NCBI GenBank assembly: GCA_037441645.1
Contig: JBBIRU010000030.1
Coordinates: 102-64,101, forward strand
Reading direction: 5' to 3'
DNA length: 64,000 bases
Source of the DNA: Bacteroidota bacterium
Lineage (GTDB): Bacteria > Bacteroidota > Bacteroidia > Bacteroidales > GWA2-32-17
This document shows, piece by piece, positions 9,401 through 20,400 of this stretch. Under the pieces are notes generated by a model. The model was not told the DNA's origin and ran no database searches. It saw only the letters and a program-made list of their open reading frames with translations. The translations under genes were made by a program, and so were the position numbers. Every line of letters begins with the position of its first letter. The first letter of the stretch is position 1.

Positions 9401-12400
9401 AACAGTATGGCTACGCTGATGTTAATGGAAATATTGACATGCCTACTCCCGCTTTTAGTCATTTCTTTAATGACTTCAAAGTCAATTTTAAACTGTTCTC
9501 GGATTGCCATTTTGCAACAGACACACCTTCGACCATTACACAAAAAGTCTTTTTTAACCCTAATAAAAATTGTTCAAACCAATGTTTGATTCCTTTATCC
9601 AAAGTAGAAGATGATGTTTTTATCTTATGTCCGGGTTGTTGGTTGCCGGGATGGAATTTAAGCCAGTTTAATATCAAAAGAACTAATTTCGGTGCTGCGG
9701 ATGCTGATAATAATAATTATCCCGACAGTTATCCAATGTTGCCTGTTGATACTGCTATTGCACAAAACCAACACATCATTATAGGAGATACGATTAACTG
9801 TCACATAGTAGCCCATACATCGGATGGAGAAGTACTATTGTTCAGCAATATTGGTTTCCCATATACGAATGGTCAATTATTAATAAAAGGAGAAATTTTG
9901 AATAACTTAAGGTTTATTAAAGGTGATGGAATTTTTCATGATGGAGATAATGGGTCATTTAATTTTATTATCCCATCTACTGCAAATACAATAACTCAAT
10001 CAGGTGCATTTGCGTTGAGCATGGATATTTCAGCATTGGAAAGCTATGGTGTGTCAAATTCTGTGGATAGTTTTAACATTGGTGATTCGTTTGATTTAAA
10101 TATAAAATTTGTTGCAACCAATAATTTTATTTATTCAGGTGGATTAAATCCATTGTTCAATATAAAAGAAATGGATGCCTTTATCAATATGTCAGGAACA
10201 GCTTATACAGGTATTGACATAAAACCGGATGCCTCCAATTATGTTTTAGATACATTATTGTCAATGATACCGCAAGAAAGAGCCGCCCTTAATTATTGGT
10301 GTACAGGGTATGAAGGAAGAATAGTTGCTATTGGAACCGATTTTAATTCAGCCCCAGATCAAATGGTTTATGGCGTAGGACATGATGGTGATATTAATAA
10401 TTTTAATCCTTGTTACAATACTATTGGATTATCAGCAACAACAGATGTGGGTAGAACATTATCTACATACGGTTGGGAATGGCAAAGTCCCTCAACTCCT
10501 ATGGAATGGAATTCTTTTTCATTTGAACTTAGAAACCTATGGATGATGGATTCTATTAAATTTTCATTCCCTGATGCTTATGAAATAGACAGAATTGACA
10601 TTAAAACAACTCAATTAACAGATGTTGACCCTTCGCTTACAAACGTTGTTACAGGTTTTAATTGTGTAATGTTTAATACTCACAGAAATTTAATCAACAT
10701 TAATGATGTATATAATTATGACATATCTGGTTCATCCGATGCAATTATTACTGATTCTACTGTTACAATTTATCCATATGCCCATTATAATCAGGATACG
10801 CAGTTTACAAGTTGTGATAATAGATTAACGGCATATGATGAAACAAAACGATATAGAGTGGAAGTAAGATTAAAAATAAAGGACTATCAGAACACACCGA
10901 ATGTAACAACAGGAATGGAATATGTAAAAGCATACTGGTCATCATTTCCGGGTGCTTCCACTGGCGACACCACAATTATCAATAATTATAACGGATATTT
11001 TTATAAGCCTACGGCAACTCTTGAAACACATACATTGTTACAGGAACAGGATTATTTGAATACCGATTTAGTGTGGAATATGATTGTAAATACTATTGGG
11101 ACTCAGGTATGGCAAAATGGATTAATAAATAACAGAGCAGAAAATTCTTTTATTTATTTTGAATCACCTCATAACAATATCTATATAGATTCATTAATTT
11201 TCACAAATAATCACTTGCATGTACCTGTTGTAAATACAATTGGTGGCAATAACTTATACGGACTGGGTACTTTAGGAGCTAACTGGGGCGGACTTGATTC
11301 TGCTCATATTTCTGTATATGCAAATTATGATTGTTCTCATGTTGGAAATACAGATACTTTAATAGCTATATACGGATGGAATTGCTATGGCTACCCTGAC
11401 ACTCTTGAAAATGCCTGTTTTATTGACACAACTTACTTAATCTTTGATGTATTACAAACAGGATATCAGGTTGACATTCATACCAACGATACTATCAATG
11501 TTTGTGATACGGCAACGTATGATATAAAGATTACCGCTACAGGCGTAGGGTCTGTTGAAAATATTCAGATTGATATGGCTGAATCATTGACCAATGAATA
11601 TAATTATGTGCCGGGCAGTGCATATCTTCAATACGATGGTTCAACAGAGTTTTTGAATCCGTTAAACATTCAAATGGATAGTTTATCATGGGTACTTGAT
11701 TCAGCTTCAATTTTCCATAATTTTGAAGCTGATACATTGCATTTGATTTTTAATGTTGTTGGTAATTGCGGTTTTGGCAATAATGAAATTGGTTTTACTA
11801 TCAATGCAGAGAATTATTGCAGTAAACCTTTACAGACAATTCAATGGTCAGGTGTACCTGTTGTTACAGGTTTCCCTGTTCAGGATTCTCTTTTGGTTAA
11901 TATCAATATGACTGATTCTGTTTCCGGTTGCGGTGATAGCACATTGGTCAGTATTGCAGTTTCAAATCTTGGGAGCAATGTTACAAGTGCTTTAAATACC
12001 TTGCAGGTAATTCTTCCAAGTTCATTTGCATGGTCTGGCGGTGATATGTATTCTTCGACATCAGGGCAAACCTATACTTTTAATCTTTCAGGTGGGATTA
12101 TTCCATCAGGAATACAAACGATTCAGTTTTATATGGCTGGAAATTCAGGTAGTGGTTTATACAATGTGATTGCAAATGCTTATGTTTCTCAATCATTCAT
12201 TTGTAACAACGATACCTGTATTTTTGCACAAAACATGGTTGAAACAACTGACACAGCTCAATTCCATGTAATCTCATTAAATGCTTCTGTAAACATTGTC
12301 AATCCGACTTGTAATGGATTGTGTAATGGAAGTGCTACGGCAGTTTGTTCAGGTATTGCACCATTTAGTTATTTGTGGAGTACCGGGGCAATTACTCAGA

Positions 12401-15400
12401 CAATTTCAGGTTTATGTGCCGGAAACTATAGTTTAGTTGCTACGGATGCCAATGGATGTAAGGATACTGTTTTATTTACAATCACTAATCCTTTGCCTTT
12501 TGCGGTTACTATTAATTCAAACTCCGGCAACCCTTGTTCAACAGCATGTACAGGAAGTGCAACCGCACAACCTTCTGGCGGAACCGCTCCATTTACTTAT
12601 GCTTGGAACAATGGAGCAGTTACAAGTAGTATTATTAATTTATGCCCCGACACTTTCTCGGTAATTGTTACAGACCATAACGGTTGTACAGCTACATCAA
12701 GCGTTATTTTAATAAATAATTTAATTTCACCGCCTGTAGCGTCCATTTCAATATTGAATCCTGACACTAATTGTCTGGTTGCAGGTTCTAACGTGAATTT
12801 CAGTTCTCCATTTCAGGCAGGAGTTACTTATACTTGGTACTTTGGTGATGGAACAACTGGTAGTGGAGACCACCCCCATCACGTATATTCAGACTATGGG
12901 TATTATTGTGTAATCTTGACAACATCGAATCAGTGTGGTTCTGCATCTGCACATACTACTATATTTATTCAACCTCAAGGTTGTAATTGTAATACTTCTT
13001 ACACTTTCAATGACGGCACCACTATTAATTCAACAAACAATCTATGGGATCCTGTAATTTATGGCTCAACTATAACAGTTCAGGGTCTTGTAACAGTACC
13101 TTTTGGTCAGACCTTAACAATACAGAGTAATATTATTGTAAAATTTGCTCCAAAAGGAAAGATTGTTGTTGAAAGAGGTGGAAAACTCAGGGTTCATTCT
13201 GTAACTCTAACCAGTATTAACGCCTGCAGTATGTGGCAGGGAATTGAGGTTTGGGGTGATGGCAGCAGAGTATCTAATCATCCTATTCAGGGTAATGTAA
13301 ATATTCGTTCAAGTACAATAGAAAACGCCCATATTGCTGTTTTGCTTGGCAGGAGAAAATTTGTAACATGCAGTAATATTGATGATGCAAATCCTTTTGA
13401 TAATAAATATAGCGGTGGTACTGTTTATTCTGTTTTGTCAACATACAAGAATGATGGTATTGGAATAAAATTTATCTGGAAAACTAACCCTGATGGAGTA
13501 TATAATAAAATTGATACAAATACTTTTATTTGTACTTCAACCCTGATAGACGGAAATTATCTGAATACTTCACCACACAGGTATCCAAACAGCCAGAATC
13601 CGTGGGCTGGTTATGCCAATGCAAATTCAAGAACTGATGTAGGGATTCAGGCAAACCATATAAAATCGTTAAAAATAAAAGGTTGTATTTTTGATAATAC
13701 CGATTACGGAATTTTCACAATTGACGATCAACAATCTTTTGTTATGAATTGCAGATTTAAAAATCACAGGCAGGGTATGCACATTGAAAACGTTATGCCA
13801 ACTTTTTTGAACTCTTATGACATTACCATGTGTACTTTTGATAATATTCCCGGCAATACTTTAGGTTATCTTGGACAAAATGATGGAACTGCATTGTTCA
13901 TTTCGGGCAGTCGGGGGGACAGGATACATGATGGTAACCAGTTTAATAATTCTTATAACACAAACCTGAATATTTATCATCCTTATGGCATAAAAACCAA
14001 TAACGCTTCCAGTTTTGAAATGACTAATAATACTTTCAGTTATATGGTAACTGGAATAACAATTCAGAATTCCATTCCATTTAGTGGAAATGTTATGGCA
14101 AAAGCAAGTAGTAATGGTTCATTTAGCTGGTCTGGCAACTGGTTTAACCAATGTAAAACAGGAGTTACTACTAAAAATGACAATTTATATCTTTGTTTAA
14201 GATGTAATACTCATAATAGTAATTCAGGATATTTATTCAATATTAACACCGAGACAGGCACTTTAGCTAATCAAGGATATAATGGCTGGCAATCATATAC
14301 CAACTTAATTACTAAATCAAGATTTGGAGCAGGAAATAGATTTGTTAATTCAAATCTTAATAAATTAGGTTCTGTGTTTGGGTACAATTATTATTTTCAG
14401 GATTCAACACTTTCTCCAAATTATAACCCAAAAGTGTTAGCTACTCCTATCTCTAAGTACCAAATTAATAATGTCCCATTTTATACGATTCCACAATCTT
14501 GTCCTTTCCCAAATTTCCTTCCTCCTGATATTAATCTTCCAATATCTTTAAATTCACCTGTATTCCAGAGGATAGACAGTCTGAATAATGTTGCTATAGC
14601 ATTGGAAGCACAATACCAGACAGTTTTAAGCAATGCCGATAAAGGGCATACTATTGAACTGCTGAATGAAATAAATGCTTTTCCACCTTCGGGACAACTG
14701 AAAAATATGCTTTTGGCAGATTCTCCGTTATCTGATACTGTACTAAAAGCATTAAACATTGTAAACCCATTGTCGAACGGAAATTATAAAAACGTGATGG
14801 AAGAAAACCTTCCTGTTACAAAGAATGTTGTTTCTTCATTTAACAGCCGTGTTGAAACACTGCCTCCGGGTATTAAAAATCAGCTTAAAGAAAAACAAGT
14901 AAACAATCCCGGAAAAATAACATTGGGTTATCTTGAAACTAAGTTGAGTCAGGCAATATTGACAAAGCAATTATATTTTAATGAAATAATTTCTTTATTG
15001 CTTGACACCATTAATAACCGTAAAACGGATGTTGTAACCCTGTTTGAAAGGGAAGCAACTCCTGCTGCAAATATGATACTTGCTGCAAATTACATTAGCG
15101 ATAGTAATTATTCAGCAGCTTTATCAAAATTAGCTATGCTGCCTGACGATGGTTCGCAAATTGGTGAGTGGAAAACCTATGCAGTTTTCCTTTTAAATCA
15201 TTTATCTCAGGGCAAAACCATTGAAGAATTAAATAGTACCCAAATTGATTATATCAGAACTCTGGCTAATCAATGCCCAGAAGGAATAGCTACTGTAAAT
15301 GCAAAAGCAATTTTAATGTATTTATATCGTGAGGAAGTTCCTGCATGCCCCGAAAACGGTACACCAAGTATGAGATTTGGGAATTACAATGTTCTTCAAA

Positions 15401-15660
15401 CAAAATCGTCATATCTTGGCGATAATTATCCCGATCCGTTTAGCAGAAATACGGTAATTCCATACTATTTACCCGAAGGAAGTGAGGGAGTAATTGAGAT
15501 AAAAGATGTAACCGGCAGAATAATTTTAACCTTATCTTTGCAGGAAGGAGAAAATACTCTGGAAATTGATAGTAAAGGTTGGGCTAATGGTATTTATTTT
15601 TATGGAATGAAAATTAATGACGAAAACATTGAAAACAAAAAAATGGTAAAAACCGAATAA
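6430..15660 (+). CDS. giant (3076 aa) secreted cell-surface protein, T9SS cargo
   Basis: The ORF is uninterrupted over 9.2 kb in an AT-rich genome. It has a signal peptide. Beta-helix-like N/G/I-rich repeats lie near the N-terminus and at aa ~2200-2600. Two SprB-type Cys repeats (NPTCNGLCNGSATA..., NPCSTACTGSATA...) lie at nt ~12300-12720. A PKD-like segment (YTWYFGDGTTGSG...) lies at ~12820-12975. The C-terminal sorting domain is NYPDPFSRNTVIPYYL...GIYFYGMKI (nt ~15420-15657). Confidence 0.9.
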   Translation: MKTILLTIIATILFINVNAVTIYTVTKNTDPNVYEHPYYFDDTKCDPEMYGTLQWAIRKVLDTPGECRIVFNIPGTSPVTILLYYTLPTLEKKPTTIDATTQPGYSQGNPQIIIDGNFKLLTGLYFNNLKNSGVKGIVFKHFVSQAVMFNYANSFNISNCYFIENGSQDSKVNPASIRIVSSTYGNITGNSIGIDPSGNVTGNSAFGMVLSDNSNYNTIGGTNTGERNIVVNNQKFGIWITNKSWYNKISGNIIYGSDRAIILEPDGNQLKHSPTIGNYNNSTYILKGGADPYDIIEIFGSNGNQSAKEYITTVQADYNGKWEVVATTNYPNYIATATDQQKNTSALSNPFHAPNALSRLTDADCNISEVLFSQILTATPVYRAEMYEFMVTEGISGISENIVKNTNTFSLSELAMPIELNTYYIVTVRVKIGELWGQFGNACKVTTVKSTTIQACIDEELSFHVTGVSINDPIQITINYPNGVSALNIASIQAFPSTSILIDTLNPSSPQYTFNAPDTSFTFNYHIIAGCENFSPSTQDIHYTINQNGIVTPDSFNLNTPWIVYDPTGSTNIIYGNAHYGTSFVRTFLYKNTSSDGVFSGVIEFRDTIQIPSSQTGILIDSVWVVAPTSGTIDVLYSQITDSTVTLKVKVDNIGFLDSIKFKERVFLTRCPDGVNNITYFNAKYGCDSTKLCKLINGSYTKTEYDANDKPVLEYKMLTTGYQACWSDSLERVMMVVNHGGGSASSVYIGITSGSNPGLTNNITDHPISDFYIYRLVNGIENAIPFANTSTIYYAYIDYAIQTTVPLNPHDTIYFRYYEKINCIDSVNYSNYFNETTHMNGEGYPYVRLNHPCFPSIKYYPDNGGIYNAVWYKSFKLDQTFANLIGTMPDGDQEWFNVTSSSLNLGHAGSWNNYGFIFDMENSELIVELDLEPGLGLVDTNLYLSSYYNGITSYLYADTIEFSPGPNNFANGNKIKAKFSFPASMYYNFLQQYGYADVNGNIDMPTPAFSHFFNDFKVNFKLFSDCHFATDTPSTITQKVFFNPNKNCSNQCLIPLSKVEDDVFILCPGCWLPGWNLSQFNIKRTNFGAADADNNNYPDSYPMLPVDTAIAQNQHIIIGDTINCHIVAHTSDGEVLLFSNIGFPYTNGQLLIKGEILNNLRFIKGDGIFHDGDNGSFNFIIPSTANTITQSGAFALSMDISALESYGVSNSVDSFNIGDSFDLNIKFVATNNFIYSGGLNPLFNIKEMDAFINMSGTAYTGIDIKPDASNYVLDTLLSMIPQERAALNYWCTGYEGRIVAIGTDFNSAPDQMVYGVGHDGDINNFNPCYNTIGLSATTDVGRTLSTYGWEWQSPSTPMEWNSFSFELRNLWMMDSIKFSFPDAYEIDRIDIKTTQLTDVDPSLTNVVTGFNCVMFNTHRNLININDVYNYDISGSSDAIITDSTVTIYPYAHYNQDTQFTSCDNRLTAYDETKRYRVEVRLKIKDYQNTPNVTTGMEYVKAYWSSFPGASTGDTTIINNYNGYFYKPTATLETHTLLQEQDYLNTDLVWNMIVNTIGTQVWQNGLINNRAENSFIYFESPHNNIYIDSLIFTNNHLHVPVVNTIGGNNLYGLGTLGANWGGLDSAHISVYANYDCSHVGNTDTLIAIYGWNCYGYPDTLENACFIDTTYLIFDVLQTGYQVDIHTNDTINVCDTATYDIKITATGVGSVENIQIDMAESLTNEYNYVPGSAYLQYDGSTEFLNPLNIQMDSLSWVLDSASIFHNFEADTLHLIFNVVGNCGFGNNEIGFTINAENYCSKPLQTIQWSGVPVVTGFPVQDSLLVNINMTDSVSGCGDSTLVSIAVSNLGSNVTSALNTLQVILPSSFAWSGGDMYSSTSGQTYTFNLSGGIIPSGIQTIQFYMAGNSGSGLYNVIANAYVSQSFICNNDTCIFAQNMVETTDTAQFHVISLNASVNIVNPTCNGLCNGSATAVCSGIAPFSYLWSTGAITQTISGLCAGNYSLVATDANGCKDTVLFTITNPLPFAVTINSNSGNPCSTACTGSATAQPSGGTAPFTYAWNNGAVTSSIINLCPDTFSVIVTDHNGCTATSSVILINNLISPPVASISILNPDTNCLVAGSNVNFSSPFQAGVTYTWYFGDGTTGSGDHPHHVYSDYGYYCVILTTSNQCGSASAHTTIFIQPQGCNCNTSYTFNDGTTINSTNNLWDPVIYGSTITVQGLVTVPFGQTLTIQSNIIVKFAPKGKIVVERGGKLRVHSVTLTSINACSMWQGIEVWGDGSRVSNHPIQGNVNIRSSTIENAHIAVLLGRRKFVTCSNIDDANPFDNKYSGGTVYSVLSTYKNDGIGIKFIWKTNPDGVYNKIDTNTFICTSTLIDGNYLNTSPHRYPNSQNPWAGYANANSRTDVGIQANHIKSLKIKGCIFDNTDYGIFTIDDQQSFVMNCRFKNHRQGMHIENVMPTFLNSYDITMCTFDNIPGNTLGYLGQNDGTALFISGSRGDRIHDGNQFNNSYNTNLNIYHPYGIKTNNASSFEMTNNTFSYMVTGITIQNSIPFSGNVMAKASSNGSFSWSGNWFNQCKTGVTTKNDNLYLCLRCNTHNSNSGYLFNINTETGTLANQGYNGWQSYTNLITKSRFGAGNRFVNSNLNKLGSVFGYNYYFQDSTLSPNYNPKVLATPISKYQINNVPFYTIPQSCPFPNFLPPDINLPISLNSPVFQRIDSLNNVAIALEAQYQTVLSNADKGHTIELLNEINAFPPSGQLKNMLLADSPLSDTVLKALNIVNPLSNGNYKNVMEENLPVTKNVVSSFNSRVETLPPGIKNQLKEKQVNNPGKITLGYLETKLSQAILTKQLYFNEIISLLLDTINNRKTDVVTLFEREATPAANMILAANYISDSNYSAALSKLAMLPDDGSQIGEWKTYAVFLLNHLSQGKTIEELNSTQIDYIRTLANQCPEGIATVNAKAILMYLYREEVPACPENGTPSMRFGNYNVLQTKSSYLGDNYPDPFSRNTVIPYYLPEGSEGVIEIKDVTGRIILTLSLQEGENTLEIDSKGWANGIYFYGMKINDENIENKKMVKTE

Positions 15661-15669
15661 AAAAAACAT

Positions 15670-15734
15670 GTCATTCTGAGTGTAACGAAGAATCTGTACC
15701 CAAAATATAGATTCTTCACTTCGTTCAGAATGAC
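15670..15734. repeat. Bacteroidota-type palindromic intergenic element (GTCATTCTGAG...GAAGAATCT hairpin)
   Basis: The arms are 15670-15695 and 15709-15734. The outer 10 bp and inner 9 bp are perfectly complementary around a 7-nt internal mismatch, with a 13-nt loop. An A-run precedes the element. The sequence class is the familiar GTCATTCTGAGCG..GAAGAATC repeat of Bacteroidota genomes. Confidence 0.8.
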
Positions 15735-17370
15735 AAAAAAGATGAAAGAAAACATTCTCATATTATTTTTTCTTACTCAGGTATTAGGTGTTTCTTCCCA
15801 GCAGTGGATACCAGATTTGAGCAATAAATATTTTTTACAAAGTCCGGGTGGTCCTGGGGGTGTTGTACATTCTTTCTTAACTGTAAATGATACACTTTTT
15901 ATTGGAGGTCAATTTTCAAAAATTGGGAATGTTAATTCTTTTATGATAGCCCGTTATTATAATGGTCAATTAGATTCATTACGAGGTGGTGTTTATGGCG
16001 CGCCAACTTCATTTTTATATTTTAATCATAACCTATATGTTGCAGGACAGTTTCAATGGGCTTATGCAGTTGGAGGAGATTACCCATATGGTGGCGTGCA
16101 TGTGTCAGGAACAATGGGTCTTGCTCGTTGGGATGGAAACAACTGGTGGCCTATTGGCACTAATAGTGATTGTGCCAATTGTGAGGTACTTGAGTTGTAC
16201 CAAAACAAAGTCTTTGTTGGAGGCAATAATCTCATGGGCTTGGCATTTGGCGCAATTGCTTGGGATGGTGCAAATTGGACAAATGCTGCATTTTTACAAC
16301 CAATTGACATGTTAAAAAGGTATTCCAATGATTTGTTGTCAGGTTCAAGTATTGGTACTGGTTTTATGAAATTTGAGGGAGGAACCACATGGTCGCCTCA
16401 ACCCTATGGAGGTATATCAGGTTCTATGTTCAGGGCGGAAAATGATACAATTAATAATTTAATTTACATCAGTGGGGGATTTAACTTTGTTAGTAATAAT
16501 ACCATTGAATCTCACAACATCGCTATCTGGGATGGTTTTGAGTGGCATACAATGGGAACAAATGCAGAAGGCATAGAGAGTTTGAAATTATATAATGGAT
16601 ATTTATATGCCAGCTTTATAAGTGATACCTTAAATGATGGCACATTAATAAATTATATTGGACGCTGGGACGGAAATCAGTGGCACAATTTAGGAGCAGG
16701 AATGGATTTAGGAGTAATGGCTATGGAAGAATTTCATGATACATTATTTGTTGGAGGTAATTTTACCACAGCCGGAGGCGATTCAGCATATGGATTGGCT
16801 CGTTGGTATATGCCAGATACAGGTTGTAATTTTTTGCATCCTACCATTCATACTCTTGCATTACAAGATACTTTTCATCTTTCCGGCGGACATGTAAATG
16901 TTCAGTTTTTTAATAATAATGCTTATGCTCAAACATGGCAATGGGATTTTGGCGATAACGGAACCGGAAATACTCAAAACCCAATACATAACTATACTAA
17001 CGACAGCCTCTATACTATTACCGTTACAGTAACCGAAAACGGATGCACAAAAACTGATACTGCAAAAATATGGGTATTGAATGGAAACGAAAATGAAGAA
17101 TATACAAGTGAGAGTTTGCATTTTAAAGTTTACCCAAATCCGACCAGTAACGATTTTACTATTGAGTGCACGTTGCCACAAAATAAAATCGGAAAAGTTA
17201 AGGCTTTCAGAAACACTGGTTCGCAGTTAGGTGAACATCCTTTGGAGTCTGGTTATAATAATTTTATAATGCCTTCGAGCAATTGGAATGATAGTATTAT
17301 ATTGGTGGGAGTTTACATTGATAATTTGCAGGTATTAGTGGAGAAGGTGGTAAAAATGTCTGAACATTGA
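15730..17370 (+). CDS. secreted PKD-domain protein, T9SS cargo
   Basis: It has a signal peptide. The PKD-like segment is WQWDFGDNGTGNTQNPIHNY...ITVTVTENGC. The T9SS C-terminal domain is FKVYPNPTSNDFTIEC.... The first ATG (15730) lies inside the 3' arm of the palindrome, so ATG 15742 (MKENILILFF) is an equally plausible start. Confidence 0.85.
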   Translation: MTKKMKENILILFFLTQVLGVSSQQWIPDLSNKYFLQSPGGPGGVVHSFLTVNDTLFIGGQFSKIGNVNSFMIARYYNGQLDSLRGGVYGAPTSFLYFNHNLYVAGQFQWAYAVGGDYPYGGVHVSGTMGLARWDGNNWWPIGTNSDCANCEVLELYQNKVFVGGNNLMGLAFGAIAWDGANWTNAAFLQPIDMLKRYSNDLLSGSSIGTGFMKFEGGTTWSPQPYGGISGSMFRAENDTINNLIYISGGFNFVSNNTIESHNIAIWDGFEWHTMGTNAEGIESLKLYNGYLYASFISDTLNDGTLINYIGRWDGNQWHNLGAGMDLGVMAMEEFHDTLFVGGNFTTAGGDSAYGLARWYMPDTGCNFLHPTIHTLALQDTFHLSGGHVNVQFFNNNAYAQTWQWDFGDNGTGNTQNPIHNYTNDSLYTITVTVTENGCTKTDTAKIWVLNGNENEEYTSESLHFKVYPNPTSNDFTIECTLPQNKIGKVKAFRNTGSQLGEHPLESGYNNFIMPSSNWNDSIILVGVYIDNLQVLVEKVVKMSEH

Positions 17371-17419
17371 AGGATTAGTTTCAGAAAAAAATATTTTCTT
17401 GCTATATATACCCTTTGTT

Positions 17420-20400
17420 ATGAGAAAATTTATTTGTATATTATGTTGTTTTACATTTCCTGTGTTGGCTTATTCTGTTGATGATCCTACAGGATTTGCA
17501 GCTTTGCCAGTAAGTGATTCTCAAATTAATTTATCATGGAATTTAAACTCAAATAACGATTCGGTTCTTATTGTTTTTAATTCAACCAATAATTTTGGAA
17601 TTCCAACAAATGGAACTTTTTATTCAGTTTCTGATACAATCTCCGGGGGTGGTATTGTCATCAATAAGGGGATTAATCTTTTATTCAGCCATACAGGTCT
17701 TTTACCAAATACAACATATTATTATAAAATATGGTCTTTTACCTCTGGAAACATTTTTTCTTTAGGAAATATAGATAGTGCAAAAACATTTTGCATACAT
17801 GAGCATTCTCCATATTATGAATACTTTGAACATAATGGAAATATGCCTGATTGTTGGACACAAGAAAATTTAATTGGTAATTTAAACTGGATTGTTCATG
17901 ATGGGAATCCATATTTTTCTGGTTCTGCTAATTTACCAGCACACGCATTTGATAGTAGTTATTGTGCTTTTTTCGGAAGTAATTCAAGTTCTAATAACGG
18001 AAACAAAACCAAATTAATAATGCCTCCATTTGAATTTACACCAAGTAATTTAGGTTCACTTTCATTTTGGGCATGTATTCCCTCTAATGATACATTAAAT
18101 GTATATTATAAAACTTCTTTTAATGGGATATGGATTTTACTAAGCACAATAAGTAATGTAAATGGCAACTGGGTAAATTGTAAAGTTGTATTACCTAATC
18201 CGAGCAGTGATTATTATATTGCTTTTGAGGGAATAAAATCATCAACGCTTAATAGCGGAATTTGTATTGATGATATTGCAGTTTGTAAGGATGCTTGTTG
18301 CCCAGGACCTAATTCATACCCTATTAATGGGTCTGCTTCTACATGTATTGGTTTCAATGATCAATATAGTGTTACTAATTCACTCAATACAAATTATTAT
18401 TGGTCTTATAGTAACAGCAGTTATTCTTCAGGTCAATTATTAGGAACCAATATATTTTCACCTTCTTTTACAAGTATTGGAATATGGAAAGTTTGTGTTA
18501 CCCCTGAAGACACATGTACATTTGGGTTAACAAAGTGTACTACTGTTTGTGTTTCAGCGGGAGAAATGATTACAGGCAATATTTCTGGAAGTACAAATCC
18601 GTGTATAGGATCAATCCAGACCTATACAATAACTCCAACACCAAGCTCAACACAATGTTCTTTTAATTGGTCAGTTCCGTTAGGTTGGACAATTAATTCT
18701 GGAAATGGCACATTTCAAATAAATGTAACAGTTGGAAGTAGTAATGGTTCAGTCAGTTTTGTGCCGCTTTGTGGATATTGTGCAACACTCTGTCCGGGAT
18801 GGGGCTTGTCAAAAACTGTCTCACCTATTACAATACCTGCTCAACCTTCAATTATTACAGGAACAACTTTTCCATGTCAAAATTCTTCACAAACTTACAG
18901 TGTGACCAATGTTACCGGAGTAATTTACACATGGGTAGTGCCATCTGGCTGGACAATTACCAGTGGACAAAATACGAATACTATTCATTTAACAGTTGGA
19001 AGCACTAACGGAACAATTACAGTAACTCCAAGTAATTCCTGTGGAATAGGAACAAGCAGAACTTTAGCAGTTTCATCAAATCTTTTACCATTGCAACCAA
19101 GTTTGATTACCGGAAATATTACACCTTGTTATGGAACAAGTCAAATTTATAGTGTAATTGAAGTAACCGGAGTTAGTTATAATTGGAGTTTTCCCGCAGG
19201 ATGGACACAGGCCAGTGGAACTACTACAGATTCTGTTACTGTAAATACTGGCTTAAATAGCGGAAATATAACCGTTACTCCCTCAAACTTATGTGGGAAC
19301 GGACTGTCAACTACACTTTCCGTTTCAGCTTTAAATGTACCTTCACAACCAAGCCCAATAACAGGAGAACTAAATCCTTGTTCCGGCTTTAATCAAACAT
19401 ATAGTATTATAAATGTTAGTGGAGTATCATACACATGGAGTTTTCCAACAAACTGGAATCAGACAGGTGGAGGAAATACTAATGAAGTTTCGGTTTTGAC
19501 AACCACTGATATTGGCAATATCACAGTTATTCCTTCAAATACATGTGGCAATGGTTCCGCTCAGTCAATTTCAGTTTCACCTTCTGTTGGTTTACCTTTG
19601 AATGTTACATTAAGTGGTGATACTTTTCCCTGTATCGGAACCGCTCAGAATTATAGTGTAGCTAATGAGACAGGTGTTTCGTTTACATGGCAAATTCCGG
19701 TTGGTTGGACACAAACAAGTGGTGGTAATTCAAATTCTATTTCGGTTTTAACTGATAGTAATTTCGGATTCATTGTTGTAACTCCTTCTAACAATTGTGG
19801 AAATGGAAATGCAGATTCCATTTATGTTTCTGTAAAACCATTACCAGACCAACCCAGTCCTATAATTGGAAGCATTAATCCTTGTGTAGGGTCAACCCAA
19901 ATTTATAATGTAAATGAAGCGATAGATGTTAATTATAATTGGAGTTTTCCATCTGATTGGATTATTTCCGGCGGAAGTAATTCAGATTCTATTACGTTCA
20001 TCATAGGTAATAATAGCGGAAATATTACACTTACTCCTTACAATTCTTGTGGGAGTGGAAATATTCAACAACTCTGGGTTTCAACTGTACCAATTGTTAC
20101 GTCAGATGTAAGTATTTCAGCACTGCCCGGAACAGACTTTTGTACTGGAACGCCGATTACTCTTGTTGCAACACCGATTAATGAAGGTGTCAATCCGGTA
20201 TATGAGTGGTATGTAGATGGTTTAATGGTTGGAAATAGCTTAAATTACATATTATCTACGCCTATTTCAGGTTCATCGATTTATTTCATTATGCAATCCG
20301 ATAATAATTGTGCTGCATTAAATCCGGTTAGTTCTGATACTATTGTCATTTATGTCCATTCATTTCCTTCACCTCCTTTAATTACAGTAAATGCCGATAC

